The notes under the pieces are model-generated. The model ran no database searches, was not told the origin of the DNA, and saw nothing but the letters and a program-made list of their open reading frames with translations. A program made the position numbers and the translations under genes. A stretch of DNA of 64,000 bases, taken from assembly GCA_017438845.1 (NCBI GenBank), contig JAFRUO010000020.1, positions 5,349 through 69,348 on the forward strand. The letters run 5' to 3'. The number at the start of each line of letters is the position of its first letter. Positions within the stretch are counted from its first letter, which is position 1. Source of the stretch: Clostridia bacterium (GTDB taxonomy: Bacteria > Bacillota > Clostridia > Oscillospirales > Acutalibacteraceae). Of this stretch, positions 37,147 through 46,428 are shown piece after piece.

Positions 37147-38871
37147 TTAATATACGGCAAACTGACTTTCATAAAGCTTTTTGTAAAGTCCGCCGTGCTC
37201 TAAAAGCTCGGTGTGCGTGCCGCGCTCTACAATCTTTCCGTCCTGCATTACAAGAATTGTATCGGCATTTTTGATAGTTGAAAGCCTGTGCGCGACTATA
37301 AATGAGGTTCTTCCCTCAAGCAGCTGAGCGAAAGCCTTTTGTATTTTAAGCTCCGTCCTCGTGTCAATACTGCTTGTCGCCTCGTCCAGCAGCAGTATCG
37401 GCGGGTCCATAAGCATTACACGGGCAATGCAGATAAGCTGCTTCTGCCCTTGCGAAAGGTTGTCGTTGCTTTCGTTGATTATGGTGTCGTAGCCTCCGGG
37501 AAGCCTTGAAATAAACGAATGAGCATACGCCCTTTTTGCGGCGGCGATAACCTCGCTTCTGTCAGCCTGCGGCTTGCCGTATGCAATGTTTTCGTATATT
37601 GTGCCGGAGAAAAGCCAGGTGTCCTGAAGCACCATTGCAAACTGACCTCTCAGGCTGTTTCTGGTAACGCTTGTTATATCATGTCCGTCAAGGGTGATAA
37701 CACCGCCCTTGCTGTCGTAAAAGCGCATTAAAAGGTTGATAAGCGTTGTTTTTCCGCAACCTGTCGGCCCTACAAGAGCAACCGTCTGACCGGGCATTGC
37801 GGTAAAGGAAAGGTCCTTAATAAAATCATTCTTATCGTATGAAAAGCAGACATTTTGGAGCTTTACCTCTCCTCTGACATTTTCAAGCTCGGGCAAAGCT
37901 TCATCGCTTTCCTCCTCAGGCTCCGAGAGCAGATTGAACACCCTTTGAGCCGAGCTTATTGCATTCTGAAACTCCGCAATTACCGCCGAAATTTCATTAA
38001 ACGGCTTTGTGTACTGTGAGCAGTATGCAAGAAAGGAAGCCAACGCGCCGACGGTGATGGTGCCGCCGATAACAAGCACACCGCCGAAAACCGCAACAAG
38101 TCCGTAAATCAGGGCGTTTACAAAGCGGGTCATGGGGTTTGTCATAGCCGAATAAAAATGAGCCATTACGCCGACCTTTTCCCACTCCAAATTCATTTCT
38201 TCATATTGTTTCTGCGTTTCATTTTCTCTTCCGAAGGCTTTTACCACTCCTGCGCCGTCAATCATTTCGCAGGCATAGCCTGTCAGCTTTCCCCTCAGCT
38301 TTGCCTGCTGAGTATATTTTTTGTGAGCTCTTTTCGCAATAAATGAAGCCATAAACAGTGACAGCGGTGTCAGCAGTACCACCGCAAGGGCAATATACGG
38401 GTTGATTAAAAACATAAAAATCAGCGTACCGAGTATTGTTACAATGCCGGAAAGCACCTGTGTAAAGCCCTGAAGCAGTCCCATTGCCACCACGTCAATA
38501 TCGGTTGTAACCGAGTTGATAATATCGCCGGGTGATTTCGAGTCAATATATCCGAGGCTCAGTCTGTTAAGCTTTGCAAACACCTCGTTACGCAAAAGCT
38601 TGACCGTCTTATAGCTGAGCTTGTTTGAGCAGTAGCTCATAAGCCACTGGAAAAATGCCGACAGCAGTATAACGCATACCAGCTCAATGCATACACGTTT
38701 AAGTGAGACAAAGTCAACAGAATCCCTGCCTGCGGCACAGTCAACGCCCCTGCCTATAAGCACGGGCACTGCGAGCGAAAGGGAAATGCCTGCAAGTGCG
38801 GAAAGCACCGAGAGGATAAAGCTTACCCTGAATGGCTTTGCGTATTTAATAAGCTCAAACAGTGTTTTCAT
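37147..38871 (-). CDS. ABC exporter, fused permease/ATPase (heterodimer partner B)
   Basis: Six-TM N-terminal half. Walker A GPTGCGKTT, signature LSQGQKQL, Walker B ILLLDEATS. Confidence 0.85.
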   Translation of the reverse strand: MKTLFELIKYAKPFRVSFILSVLSALAGISLSLAVPVLIGRGVDCAAGRDSVDFVSLKRVCIELVCVILLSAFFQWLMSYCSNKLSYKTVKLLRNEVFAKLNRLSLGYIDSKSPGDIINSVTTDIDVVAMGLLQGFTQVLSGIVTILGTLIFMFLINPYIALAVVLLTPLSLFMASFIAKRAHKKYTQQAKLRGKLTGYACEMIDGAGVVKAFGRENETQKQYEEMNLEWEKVGVMAHFYSAMTNPMTRFVNALIYGLVAVFGGVLVIGGTITVGALASFLAYCSQYTKPFNEISAVIAEFQNAISSAQRVFNLLSEPEEESDEALPELENVRGEVKLQNVCFSYDKNDFIKDLSFTAMPGQTVALVGPTGCGKTTLINLLMRFYDSKGGVITLDGHDITSVTRNSLRGQFAMVLQDTWLFSGTIYENIAYGKPQADRSEVIAAAKRAYAHSFISRLPGGYDTIINESNDNLSQGQKQLICIARVMLMDPPILLLDEATSSIDTRTELKIQKAFAQLLEGRTSFIVAHRLSTIKNADTILVMQDGKIVERGTHTELLEHGGLYKKLYESQFAVY

Positions 38872-40595
38872 TCCGCCGCCACCTCGCTTTCCGAAAGCTG
38901 TGACAGGCAGATTTCCCTGTAAACCCCACTGCTCCCGAACAGTTCGCCGTGAGTTCCCTGAGCAGATATTTTACCCTCGTTTATTACAATTATATTGTCC
39001 GCGTTTTTAACGGTGTTTACCCGTTGAGAAACAATTATTACGGTGCGGTCGCTCCTGTCCTCCGAGAGCGCCTTACGAAGCCTTGCGTCGGTGGCAAAGT
39101 CAAGTGCGGAGAAGGAGTCGTCAAGAATTAATATTTTAGGGTCTCCGACCAAAGCCCGTGCAATACAGAGTCTCTGCCTCTGTCCGCCCGAAAGGTTTTT
39201 ACTGTCGGTGTTGATAACGTGGTCAAGTCCGTCGGAGAGCTTTCTTACAAACTCCTCAGCCTGTGCGGTTTTTACGGCGCTTTCAAGCTCGGCGTCGCTT
39301 GCTTCGGGGTTTCCGAAAAGCAGATTTTCACGGATTGTGCCGCTGAAAAGAGTGTTCTTCTGCGGTACGGTATGGAGAAACTTCCTAAGAGATGAAAAAC
39401 GGTATTTTCCGACATCCTCACCGAATATCTTTATCTCTCCGCTTTCCGCGTCAAATGAGCGCATAATCAGGTTTACAACGGTTGATTTACCGCTGCCGGT
39501 GCCTCCGATAATTCCGACGGTTTGACCCGAAAGAATTTCAAAGGAAATACCGTCAAGCACCTTTTCCTCGGAGCCCTCAAATGAAAAGCTGACGTTATTG
39601 AAGCTTACGGCGGGCTTGGTGAAGTCAGGGGTAAAATCCTCGGCGCCGTCGTCGGTAACCGAGGCATTCGTTTCGAGCACCTCTTTAACTCTTGCTACAC
39701 TTGCGCCTGCCTTTGTAAAAATAACGATAACGTTGGAAAACACAATAATCGACAGTAAAATCTGCGTCATATAATTTGTAAAAGCAAGCACCTGACCCTG
39801 GGTGAGCCTTCCGACGTTGACGTTGATTGCGCCGAAATGCAGTATCAGGACTATTGCCGAATTAAGTATTGCAAAGGTGAGGGGATTGAGCAATGCGGAA
39901 AGGTTGCCTGCACGGATGTTTCTTCGTGTAAGCTCTTCGTTGCTCTCTTCAAAGCGCTCGGTTTCGTAATCCGTTTTTGCAAATGCTCTCACAACCCGTA
40001 CGCCCGAAAGGTTGTCCTTGACAATTCCCGAAAGGCGGTCAAGCTTTGCTTGAATCTTTTTGTAAAGCGGTATGCTTTTTGAAAGAATAAGGTACAGAAT
40101 AAGGCTTACTATCACTGCGCTGACAATAAAAATAATGCTCATCTTCCTGTCAAGCGCAACCGCCATAATCAGCGAGCCTGCAATAAGAAACGGGGAACGG
40201 AAAACAAGCCTTATCAGCATTGCAACGGCTGACTGAATCTGTGTTATATCGTTGGTAATTCTGGTCGTAAGAGAAGCCGTGCCGAAGCGTGACAATTCCT
40301 TTTCGGAGAAGGAGTTGATTTTCCTGAAAAGGTCGTTGCGAAGCTGTGTGCCTACTCCCTGCTGAGCGACTGCGGCGCAATACTGACAAATAAGCGCAAA
40401 TACCACGCCGAAAAAAGCAAGCGCAAAAAGGACACCGCCCATTTTAAAGATGTAAGCTCTGTCAGCCTGAGCAATTCCCCGGTCGATTATCCGTGCGACA
40501 ACCAACGGTACAAACAGCTCAAGAATTGCCTCGCAAAGCTTGAAGGCAGGTCCTAAAATAAATTGTTTTTTGTAGAGTGAAAAATACTTTTTCAT
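38868..40595 (-). CDS. ABC exporter, fused permease/ATPase (heterodimer partner A)
   Basis: Walker A GGTGSGKST, signature LSGGQRQR, Walker B ILILDDSFS. 4-nt overlap with the downstream partner. Confidence 0.85.
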   Translation of the reverse strand: MKKYFSLYKKQFILGPAFKLCEAILELFVPLVVARIIDRGIAQADRAYIFKMGGVLFALAFFGVVFALICQYCAAVAQQGVGTQLRNDLFRKINSFSEKELSRFGTASLTTRITNDITQIQSAVAMLIRLVFRSPFLIAGSLIMAVALDRKMSIIFIVSAVIVSLILYLILSKSIPLYKKIQAKLDRLSGIVKDNLSGVRVVRAFAKTDYETERFEESNEELTRRNIRAGNLSALLNPLTFAILNSAIVLILHFGAINVNVGRLTQGQVLAFTNYMTQILLSIIVFSNVIVIFTKAGASVARVKEVLETNASVTDDGAEDFTPDFTKPAVSFNNVSFSFEGSEEKVLDGISFEILSGQTVGIIGGTGSGKSTVVNLIMRSFDAESGEIKIFGEDVGKYRFSSLRKFLHTVPQKNTLFSGTIRENLLFGNPEASDAELESAVKTAQAEEFVRKLSDGLDHVINTDSKNLSGGQRQRLCIARALVGDPKILILDDSFSALDFATDARLRKALSEDRSDRTVIIVSQRVNTVKNADNIIVINEGKISAQGTHGELFGSSGVYREICLSQLSESEVAAE

Positions 40596-40669
40596 TACAC
40601 ACTCCGTAAGACTTATTTACTGTTTATTATATACTTTTATATAAACTTTTTCAACAATTATAAAAATGT

Positions 40670-40697
40670 TTGCATTTTAGCGATAAAGGAGTATAAT
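40670..40697 (+). promoter_or_regulatory. Promoter of the antiporter gene
   Basis: TTGCAT (40670-40675), 16 nt, TATAAT (40692-40697). Confidence 0.5.
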
Positions 40698-40723
40698 ACT
40701 CTACGGAAAAGAGGAGATAATTA

Positions 40724-41911
40724 ATGGAAGCATATTCCGTATTTAAAAGTCTGTGCATTATTATTGTTGCAGCCAAGCTTTGCGGTATACTTGCCAGAAA
40801 GCTTAAAGCACCCCAGGTAGTGGGTGAAATAATTGCAGGCGTTATACTCGGACCGAGTGTGCTCGGTATCGTTCAGCAAAGCGATTTTCTTTCGCAGCTT
40901 GCCGAAATCGGCGTTGTGCTTTTGATGTTTTCCGCAGGACTTCAGACAAACCTTCAGGACCTTGTTAAAACGGGCTTAAAGGCGTTTTTAATAGCGTGTG
41001 CGGGCGTGTTTGTGCCGCTTGTCGGAGGAACTCTGCTGTACTTTGCGTTTTACGGTGCTTCGCCGTGGGGCTCGCCTGATTTTTATAAGGCGGTGTTTAT
41101 CGGCGTAATTATGACCGCCACCTCGGTAAGCATCACCGTTCAGACGCTCAAGGAGCTCGGTAAAATCTCAACTGAGGCGGGAACGACTGTTTTAAGTGCG
41201 GCGATAATCGACGACGTAATCGGTATTATAGTTTTAACGTTTGTAATCGGAGTCAACGGAGGCGAGTCAAAACCTCTCGGAGTAGTAATTAAAACGGTAT
41301 TGTTTTTCGCCTTCTCATTTGTATTCGGTTATATTATTTACAAGGTGTTCCGCTTCTCCGACAAAATGTGGCCTCACACAAGGCGTATTCCCATTATGGG
41401 GCTTGCTATATGCCTCGGAATGGCATATGTTGCCGAACGCTTTTTCGGCATCGCAGACATCACGGGGGCGTATGTTGCAGGTATAATTCTCTGCAGTGTT
41501 CACGACTCTGACTATATTGCGGAGAAAATGGACATCAGCTCATATATGCTTTTCGGTCCCGTTTTCTTTGCAAGCATAGGTCTTAAAACCGACCTCGACA
41601 AGGTTTCGGGGGAGCTGATATTCTTTATTCTCGGCTTTGTGGCGGTTGCATTGACGGCAAAAATAATCGGCTGCGGCGTAATGTCAAAGCTTTGCGGCTT
41701 TAACAGGTCGGACAGCCTTAAAATCGGAGTAGGCATGATGACCAGGGGAGAGGTCGCGCTTATAGTGGCGCAGAAGGGTCTGTCGTCAGGAATAATCTCC
41801 TCGGCATATTTTGCACCCGTTATTGTGCTGATACTGACCTCGTCAATCATCACTCCGATAGCCCTTAAAATGCTGTACGCACGGGATGAAAGAAGAACAA
41901 AAAAGGCATAA
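40724..41911 (+). CDS. Cation:proton antiporter (CPA2/Na_H_Exchanger family)
   Basis: 395 aa and polytopic. The N-terminus LKAPQVVGEIIAGVILGPSVLG is typical of NapA/KefB-like transporters. Confidence 0.8.
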   Translation: MEAYSVFKSLCIIIVAAKLCGILARKLKAPQVVGEIIAGVILGPSVLGIVQQSDFLSQLAEIGVVLLMFSAGLQTNLQDLVKTGLKAFLIACAGVFVPLVGGTLLYFAFYGASPWGSPDFYKAVFIGVIMTATSVSITVQTLKELGKISTEAGTTVLSAAIIDDVIGIIVLTFVIGVNGGESKPLGVVIKTVLFFAFSFVFGYIIYKVFRFSDKMWPHTRRIPIMGLAICLGMAYVAERFFGIADITGAYVAGIILCSVHDSDYIAEKMDISSYMLFGPVFFASIGLKTDLDKVSGELIFFILGFVAVALTAKIIGCGVMSKLCGFNRSDSLKIGVGMMTRGEVALIVAQKGLSSGIISSAYFAPVIVLILTSSIITPIALKMLYARDERRTKKA

Positions 41912-41941
41912 AAAAAGGAACGGAAAGCCGTTCCTTTTTTG
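41910..41941. terminator. Bidirectional terminator between convergent genes
   Basis: A-run, AGGAACGG-AAAG-CCGTTCCT, T-run. Confidence 0.75.
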
Positions 41942-41945
41942 TTGG

Positions 41946-42242
41946 TTAATCTTTCGGGTTAAGCGCTCTTGTCAGCCAAATGTCCGCAATGTCCATAGCG
42001 GCGTAAAGCCCCTTTTTTTCACTGGATTTAACAATCTTTTCCTTAATGCTGACATCGGGGTCGGTGTTGATAAGCTGAATTGAAACCTTACTCGACAAAT
42101 CAAGATCGCCGAATTCCTTTGAGGAATTAATCTGCATCATGATGACGAAATCGTCAGTCATGTTTCCGTAGTAAATTGTGTTGTCTTTACGGACTAACGG
42201 CCTGCCCTTATAGGTCAGGAAGTCCTGCTTTTTTTCTGCCAT
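41946..42242 (-). CDS. Hypothetical protein (98 aa) downstream of ireB
   Basis: Clean ORF 12 nt after the ireB stop, on the same strand. I recognise no family. Confidence 0.5.
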   Translation of the reverse strand: MAEKKQDFLTYKGRPLVRKDNTIYYGNMTDDFVIMMQINSSKEFGDLDLSSKVSIQLINTDPDVSIKEKIVKSSEKKGLYAAMDIADIWLTRALNPKD

Positions 42243-42254
42243 AGTTCACCTCAA

Positions 42255-42518
42255 TTAATCCTTTTTGCCGCCCGTAAGGTATTCCTTAACGAGTGTCTGC
42301 AAAAGCTCATCTCTGTCAAGGCGGCGAATAAGACTGCGAGCGTTGTTGTGAGTGGTGATGTAGGTCGGGTCCTCGGAAAGAATATAGCCGACAATCTGGC
42401 TTATCGGGTTATAGCCCTTTTCCTGAAGGGCGTTGTATACCTCAATAAGTGTCTGCCTCATCTGCTCGTCATACTCGTTCTTAATTGAAAATTGAATGGT
42501 CTTGTTTGGATCTAACAA
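42255..42518 (-). CDS. ireB: IreB family regulatory phosphoprotein (UPF0297)
   Basis: 87 aa with the conserved core [39 protein letters not shown]. Confidence 0.8.
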   Translation of the reverse strand: MLDPNKTIQFSIKNEYDEQMRQTLIEVYNALQEKGYNPISQIVGYILSEDPTYITTHNNARSLIRRLDRDELLQTLVKEYLTGGKKD

Positions 42519-42589
42519 AACGCCACCTCCTTTTATATCAATTATATTATATACTAATAAAAGTCAAATTACAATAGCAATGAATAAAA

Positions 42590-43282
42590 TTATTCGGCAT
42601 TTTCATTGATGTAATCATCGGTAATCTGCCCGTCCTGAATTCTGATAACTCTTTGTGCTCTGGCGGCAATCTGGTTGTCGTGAGTAATGAGGATAACCGT
42701 CCTGCCTTCCTTGTAAAGCGTGGTCAGAATATTCATAACATCCTCGCCCGAATGGGAGTCAAGGTTACCCGTAGGCTCATCGGCTAAGATTATCGGCGGA
42801 CGCGCCGCAACGGCTCTTGCAATTGCCACCCTCTGCTGCTGGCCTCCCGACATCTGCTTGGGCAGGTGAGTAAGTCTGTGCGAAAGCCCGACCTTTTCAA
42901 GTGCGTCAAGGCTTAAACGGTGTCGCTCCTCAGCCCTCATGCCCCTGTAAACAAGGGGAAGTTCAACGTTTGCCTGTGCGGTAAGGCTTGAAATAAGGTT
43001 AAAGCCCTGAAAAATAAAGCCAATCTGCTTGTTCCTGATTTCGCTTAACTGGTCGTCGGTCATATGCGAAACATCCTCGCCGTCGAGGTAATAGCTTCCG
43101 CTTGTAGGCACGTCAAGAAGTCCGAGCATATTCATCAGCGTTGACTTTCCCGAGCCCGACTGACCGACAATTGCGACAAATTCGCCGCGGTCGATTTTAA
43201 GGCTAATGCCGTCAAGCGCACGAACTTCATTTTCGCCGGGATTGTAAATTTTGTAAATATCCTTTACCTCGATAAGACTCAT
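42590..43282 (-). CDS. ABC transporter ATP-binding protein, MacB/LolD (FtsE-like) type, with no adjacent permease
   Basis: [23 protein letters not shown] and [13 protein letters not shown]-loop region FIFQGFNL. Confidence 0.85.
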   Translation of the reverse strand: MSLIEVKDIYKIYNPGENEVRALDGISLKIDRGEFVAIVGQSGSGKSTLMNMLGLLDVPTSGSYYLDGEDVSHMTDDQLSEIRNKQIGFIFQGFNLISSLTAQANVELPLVYRGMRAEERHRLSLDALEKVGLSHRLTHLPKQMSGGQQQRVAIARAVAARPPIILADEPTGNLDSHSGEDVMNILTTLYKEGRTVILITHDNQIAARAQRVIRIQDGQITDDYINENAE

Positions 43283-43389
43283 TTTTTCACCGCCTTTAAG
43301 AGTATTTTATAGTAAGAGAAAGAATAAATCAATAAATATTTTATGAACTTTTGCCGATAATATAAACAAAAAGGAAACGGAGGCGGAAG

Positions 43390-43833
43390 ATGAGTACTAC
43401 AAAAAAGCAATACAAAAAGATGACCGAAGCGGCGACGCCCAATTCGCCGAAGCTTAAAAATCTGGTCAAGGCGTTTTTAATCGGCGGTACGGTATGCCTT
43501 ATCGGTCAGGGCTTTATGTATGTGTTTGAAAGGCTCGGGCTTGACGAGGAGCAGACACGTGCACTGACAAGCTCAAGCCTGATTGTGATCACTGCGGTGC
43601 TGACGGGAATCGGCGTTTTTGACAAAATTGCAAAGCATGCCGGAGCGGGTACGATTGTCCCCATTACGGGCTTTGCAAATTCGGTTGTATCTCCTGCAAT
43701 CGAGTTTAAGCCCGAGGGCAGGGTGCTCGGTACGGGTGCGAGAATTTTTTCAATCGCGGGACCGGTTATTGCATACGGCTGCACGGCGGCTTTTGTGTAC
43801 GGGATTGTGTGCTATATATTTAAGCTTTATTAA
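43390..43833 (+). CDS. spoVAC: Stage V sporulation protein AC
   Basis: 147 aa and 4 TM. GAGTIVPITGFANSVVSPAIEFK..EG is characteristic of SpoVAC. Confidence 0.8.
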   Translation: MSTTKKQYKKMTEAATPNSPKLKNLVKAFLIGGTVCLIGQGFMYVFERLGLDEEQTRALTSSSLIVITAVLTGIGVFDKIAKHAGAGTIVPITGFANSVVSPAIEFKPEGRVLGTGARIFSIAGPVIAYGCTAAFVYGIVCYIFKLY

Positions 43834-43836
43834 ACG

Positions 43837-43870
43837 AAAGGGACTGAAGCTTCGCCTCAGTCCCTTTTAC
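43837..43870 (+). terminator. Intrinsic terminator after spoVAC
   Basis: GGGACTGA / TCAGTCCC stem followed by TTTTAC. Confidence 0.55.
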
Positions 43871-43884
43871 AGTTAGTTTAAGAA

Positions 43885-45378
43885 TCACCTGTCAATATTT
43901 CCGTTTAGGTACATATCCATATAGTACATATCGAAGGCGTCTACGGCACCGTCTCCGTCAAAGTCCGCCGCGCGGAAGTTCGCTGAACCGTCCGCCAGCG
44001 AATCCGTGCCCGAAACGACATTTTTCATTTTGTTGTAGTCGCCGTTTCGGTTGACGGCGTTGTCTGCGTTAACATCGCCCCAGCGGACAACAGTGTATTT
44101 TTTTGTACCTGAATTTGTGTTGTTGATTGTGACCGAGCCGCCGGTGGTGTTGCCCGAATAGCTGATTGTATAGTCGGAGGATGAAGCAAACTGACTGTTA
44201 AGAGTTGCATTTTTTGAAATGTACATAAAGCCGTTTACCGCGTCAAAGGTCGACTTAGTGTTCAGGTTAGGCAGCGCGCTTACATAGGAAACAGTGCTAA
44301 GCGTGGGGTAGGTAAGAGAAAAATCGCTGTCATATGCCTGCCCGGTAGGCTGGTGTGAGCCGGAGAAGGTATTATTTCCGAAATATGCGTCCAGGGAAGA
44401 GGAGCCTGCAAGGAAATAGTCGTAGAAGGTGTAGCTCTGGTCATCCCAGGTTACGTCCATACCGTACCAGTTTCCGTCGTCCATTTTGACATAATTCCAT
44501 TTGTGTCCGCCCCCGTTTCCGAGTCCGACAATCGTAATGCAGGGAATAGCCTCTCTGTCGCAGATAAGCTTGAAAGCTTCGGCGTAGCCCTCGCAAACCG
44601 CAAGGAACGGAGAGTTGAAAACCGAAACGGGCTCGTGAGCTGTCGGGTTCATATTACTGTTGTTGTAATTCGGGTCGTATTCAACCATTGAGCAGATTGT
44701 ATCGTGAATGGACTTTACCTTCTGATAACGGTTGTTGCCCGTAACCTTAAAGCTTGCTACAGAGTCAAGCAGGCTGTTGTAGTAATTACGGATTACCCCC
44801 CAGTTTGCATACGCTTCGGTGTTGAGCTCAATTTTAAGAGTGAGAACTCCTTGGAATTTGTTTCCTCTTTGCTTATATGAGAAGTTTGCGCCGTAAGCGC
44901 CTATCCAGAAAAATTCGGGGCGGTCCTCGCCGACAGCCGATAGGGCGGGAACTATGCAGTTGAACGCATTTTGGGCAAGTGCATCAAGCCCTGCCTGGTC
45001 GGTAAAATCCCAGCTTCCGTCGTCTTTTGTAATAATGATTTCAGCGGCGGCAGACGAGCTGTCGTTTGTAACAGCGTCAAGACCTCCGTGAGCCGCAACT
45101 ACCTCGTTGTAGATTTCTCTCTGGACATCGGAAGTCAGCTGTGAGTAGAAGGTGTAGGGCGTGTCGGCGGGACTTATGGATTTTAAAAGTCTTCTGCCCG
45201 GGACCGAAGCCTCCTTCTTTTCTGCGGGAACGGTCGGCACGTCTTCGGGAAAACGAAGCGCCTCTCCGCCTTCAAAGGTGATTGTTTGGAAATCCGGCTC
45301 ATATGCATAGGTGAAAAGAACAGTGCTCGGAAGCAGCATAAGAACAGCCAGAATTATGCTTGCAATTTTTCTCAGCAT
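43885..45378 (-). CDS. Secreted transglutaminase-like cysteine peptidase-fold protein with a C-terminal type-I dockerin
   Basis: Signal peptide MLRKIASIILAVLMLLPSTVL. A Cys-His-Asp core (CEGYAEAF ... GGHKWNYV ... MDVTWDD). Duplicated Ca-binding dockerin repeats GDVNADNAVN and DFDGDGAVDAFD. Confidence 0.75.
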   Translation of the reverse strand: MLRKIASIILAVLMLLPSTVLFTYAYEPDFQTITFEGGEALRFPEDVPTVPAEKKEASVPGRRLLKSISPADTPYTFYSQLTSDVQREIYNEVVAAHGGLDAVTNDSSSAAAEIIITKDDGSWDFTDQAGLDALAQNAFNCIVPALSAVGEDRPEFFWIGAYGANFSYKQRGNKFQGVLTLKIELNTEAYANWGVIRNYYNSLLDSVASFKVTGNNRYQKVKSIHDTICSMVEYDPNYNNSNMNPTAHEPVSVFNSPFLAVCEGYAEAFKLICDREAIPCITIVGLGNGGGHKWNYVKMDDGNWYGMDVTWDDQSYTFYDYFLAGSSSLDAYFGNNTFSGSHQPTGQAYDSDFSLTYPTLSTVSYVSALPNLNTKSTFDAVNGFMYISKNATLNSQFASSSDYTISYSGNTTGGSVTINNTNSGTKKYTVVRWGDVNADNAVNRNGDYNKMKNVVSGTDSLADGSANFRAADFDGDGAVDAFDMYYMDMYLNGNIDR

Positions 45379-45568
45379 ATTATCCCTCCGCTATCATTTA
45401 TATATTAATTATATTTATTTATTTTAAAATTGTCAACGGACTGTAAAAAACCGATTAAAAAATACTGTAAAAATAATGCAAAATGATTGAAAAAAGTATT
45501 AAAAAGTGATATAAATATAATGTATAATTTTAACATTATTTTCTGACCTTCGGTCAGTTGAAAGGCGT

Positions 45569-46417
45569 GTGTTGGTTTTGGCTCTGGTTACAATGAAAAA
45601 GCTCCTCGATTATGCAGAAGAAAAGAATATTGCAGTCGGCGCTTTTTCCGTCGGTAATATGGAAATGGTTATGGGTGCCGTTAAGGCGGCGGAGGAGCTC
45701 GGTACTCCCATTATTCTGCAAATTGCGGAGGTCAGGCTTAAAAACTCTCCGCTTGAGCTTATGGGACCGATGATGCTTGCTGCGGCAAAAAACAGCAGCG
45801 TTGACATCGCCGTACACCTTGACCACGGTCTGAAGTTTGAAACCGTCAGGAAGGCGCTTGAGCTCGGCTTTACCTCGGTAATGTTTGACGGCTCGCTTTT
45901 ACCGCTTGAGGAGAATATAGAACAGGTACACGCTGTCGTTGCAGAGGCTTACAAATACGGCGCTACCGTGGAGGCAGAGCTCGGTGTTGTAGGCGGAAAC
46001 GAGGGCGAAGGCAAAAAGCACGAAATACTTTGTACACGTCCCGAGGACGCAGTCACCTTCTGCAGGGAAACGGGCGTTGATGCTCTTGCGGTGGCTATCG
46101 GCAACGCACACGGTAACTACCCTGTTCTTCCCGAGCTTCGCTTCGACGTGCTTGAGCAGATTCATTCCGCGGTAGATGTTCCCCTTGTTCTTCACGGAGG
46201 CACGGGAATAAGCGACGAACAGTTCCGGCATTCGATTAAACTCGGTGTCAGGAAAATCAACATTGCAACAGCGTCCTTTGACCGACTCGCTTTGTTTGCA
46301 AAGCAGTACTGCGACGGTAAGGAAAAGGCAAATTATTTTGAGCTTTCCGCCGCAGAGGTTCAGGGAGTATATGAAAACGTTAAAAGGCACATCAAGGTGT
46401 TCAGCTTTATAGATTAA
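45569..46417 (+). CDS. iolJ: Class II aldolase, 6-phospho-5-dehydro-2-deoxy-D-gluconate aldolase by context
   Basis: FBA class II motifs (VHLDHG, GNAHG, LVLHGGTG). First gene of the iol cluster. The start is uncertain (GTG 45569 or ATG 45593). Confidence 0.75.
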   Translation: MLVLALVTMKKLLDYAEEKNIAVGAFSVGNMEMVMGAVKAAEELGTPIILQIAEVRLKNSPLELMGPMMLAAAKNSSVDIAVHLDHGLKFETVRKALELGFTSVMFDGSLLPLEENIEQVHAVVAEAYKYGATVEAELGVVGGNEGEGKKHEILCTRPEDAVTFCRETGVDALAVAIGNAHGNYPVLPELRFDVLEQIHSAVDVPLVLHGGTGISDEQFRHSIKLGVRKINIATASFDRLALFAKQYCDGKEKANYFELSAAEVQGVYENVKRHIKVFSFID

Positions 46418-46428
46418 AGGAGACTGTT

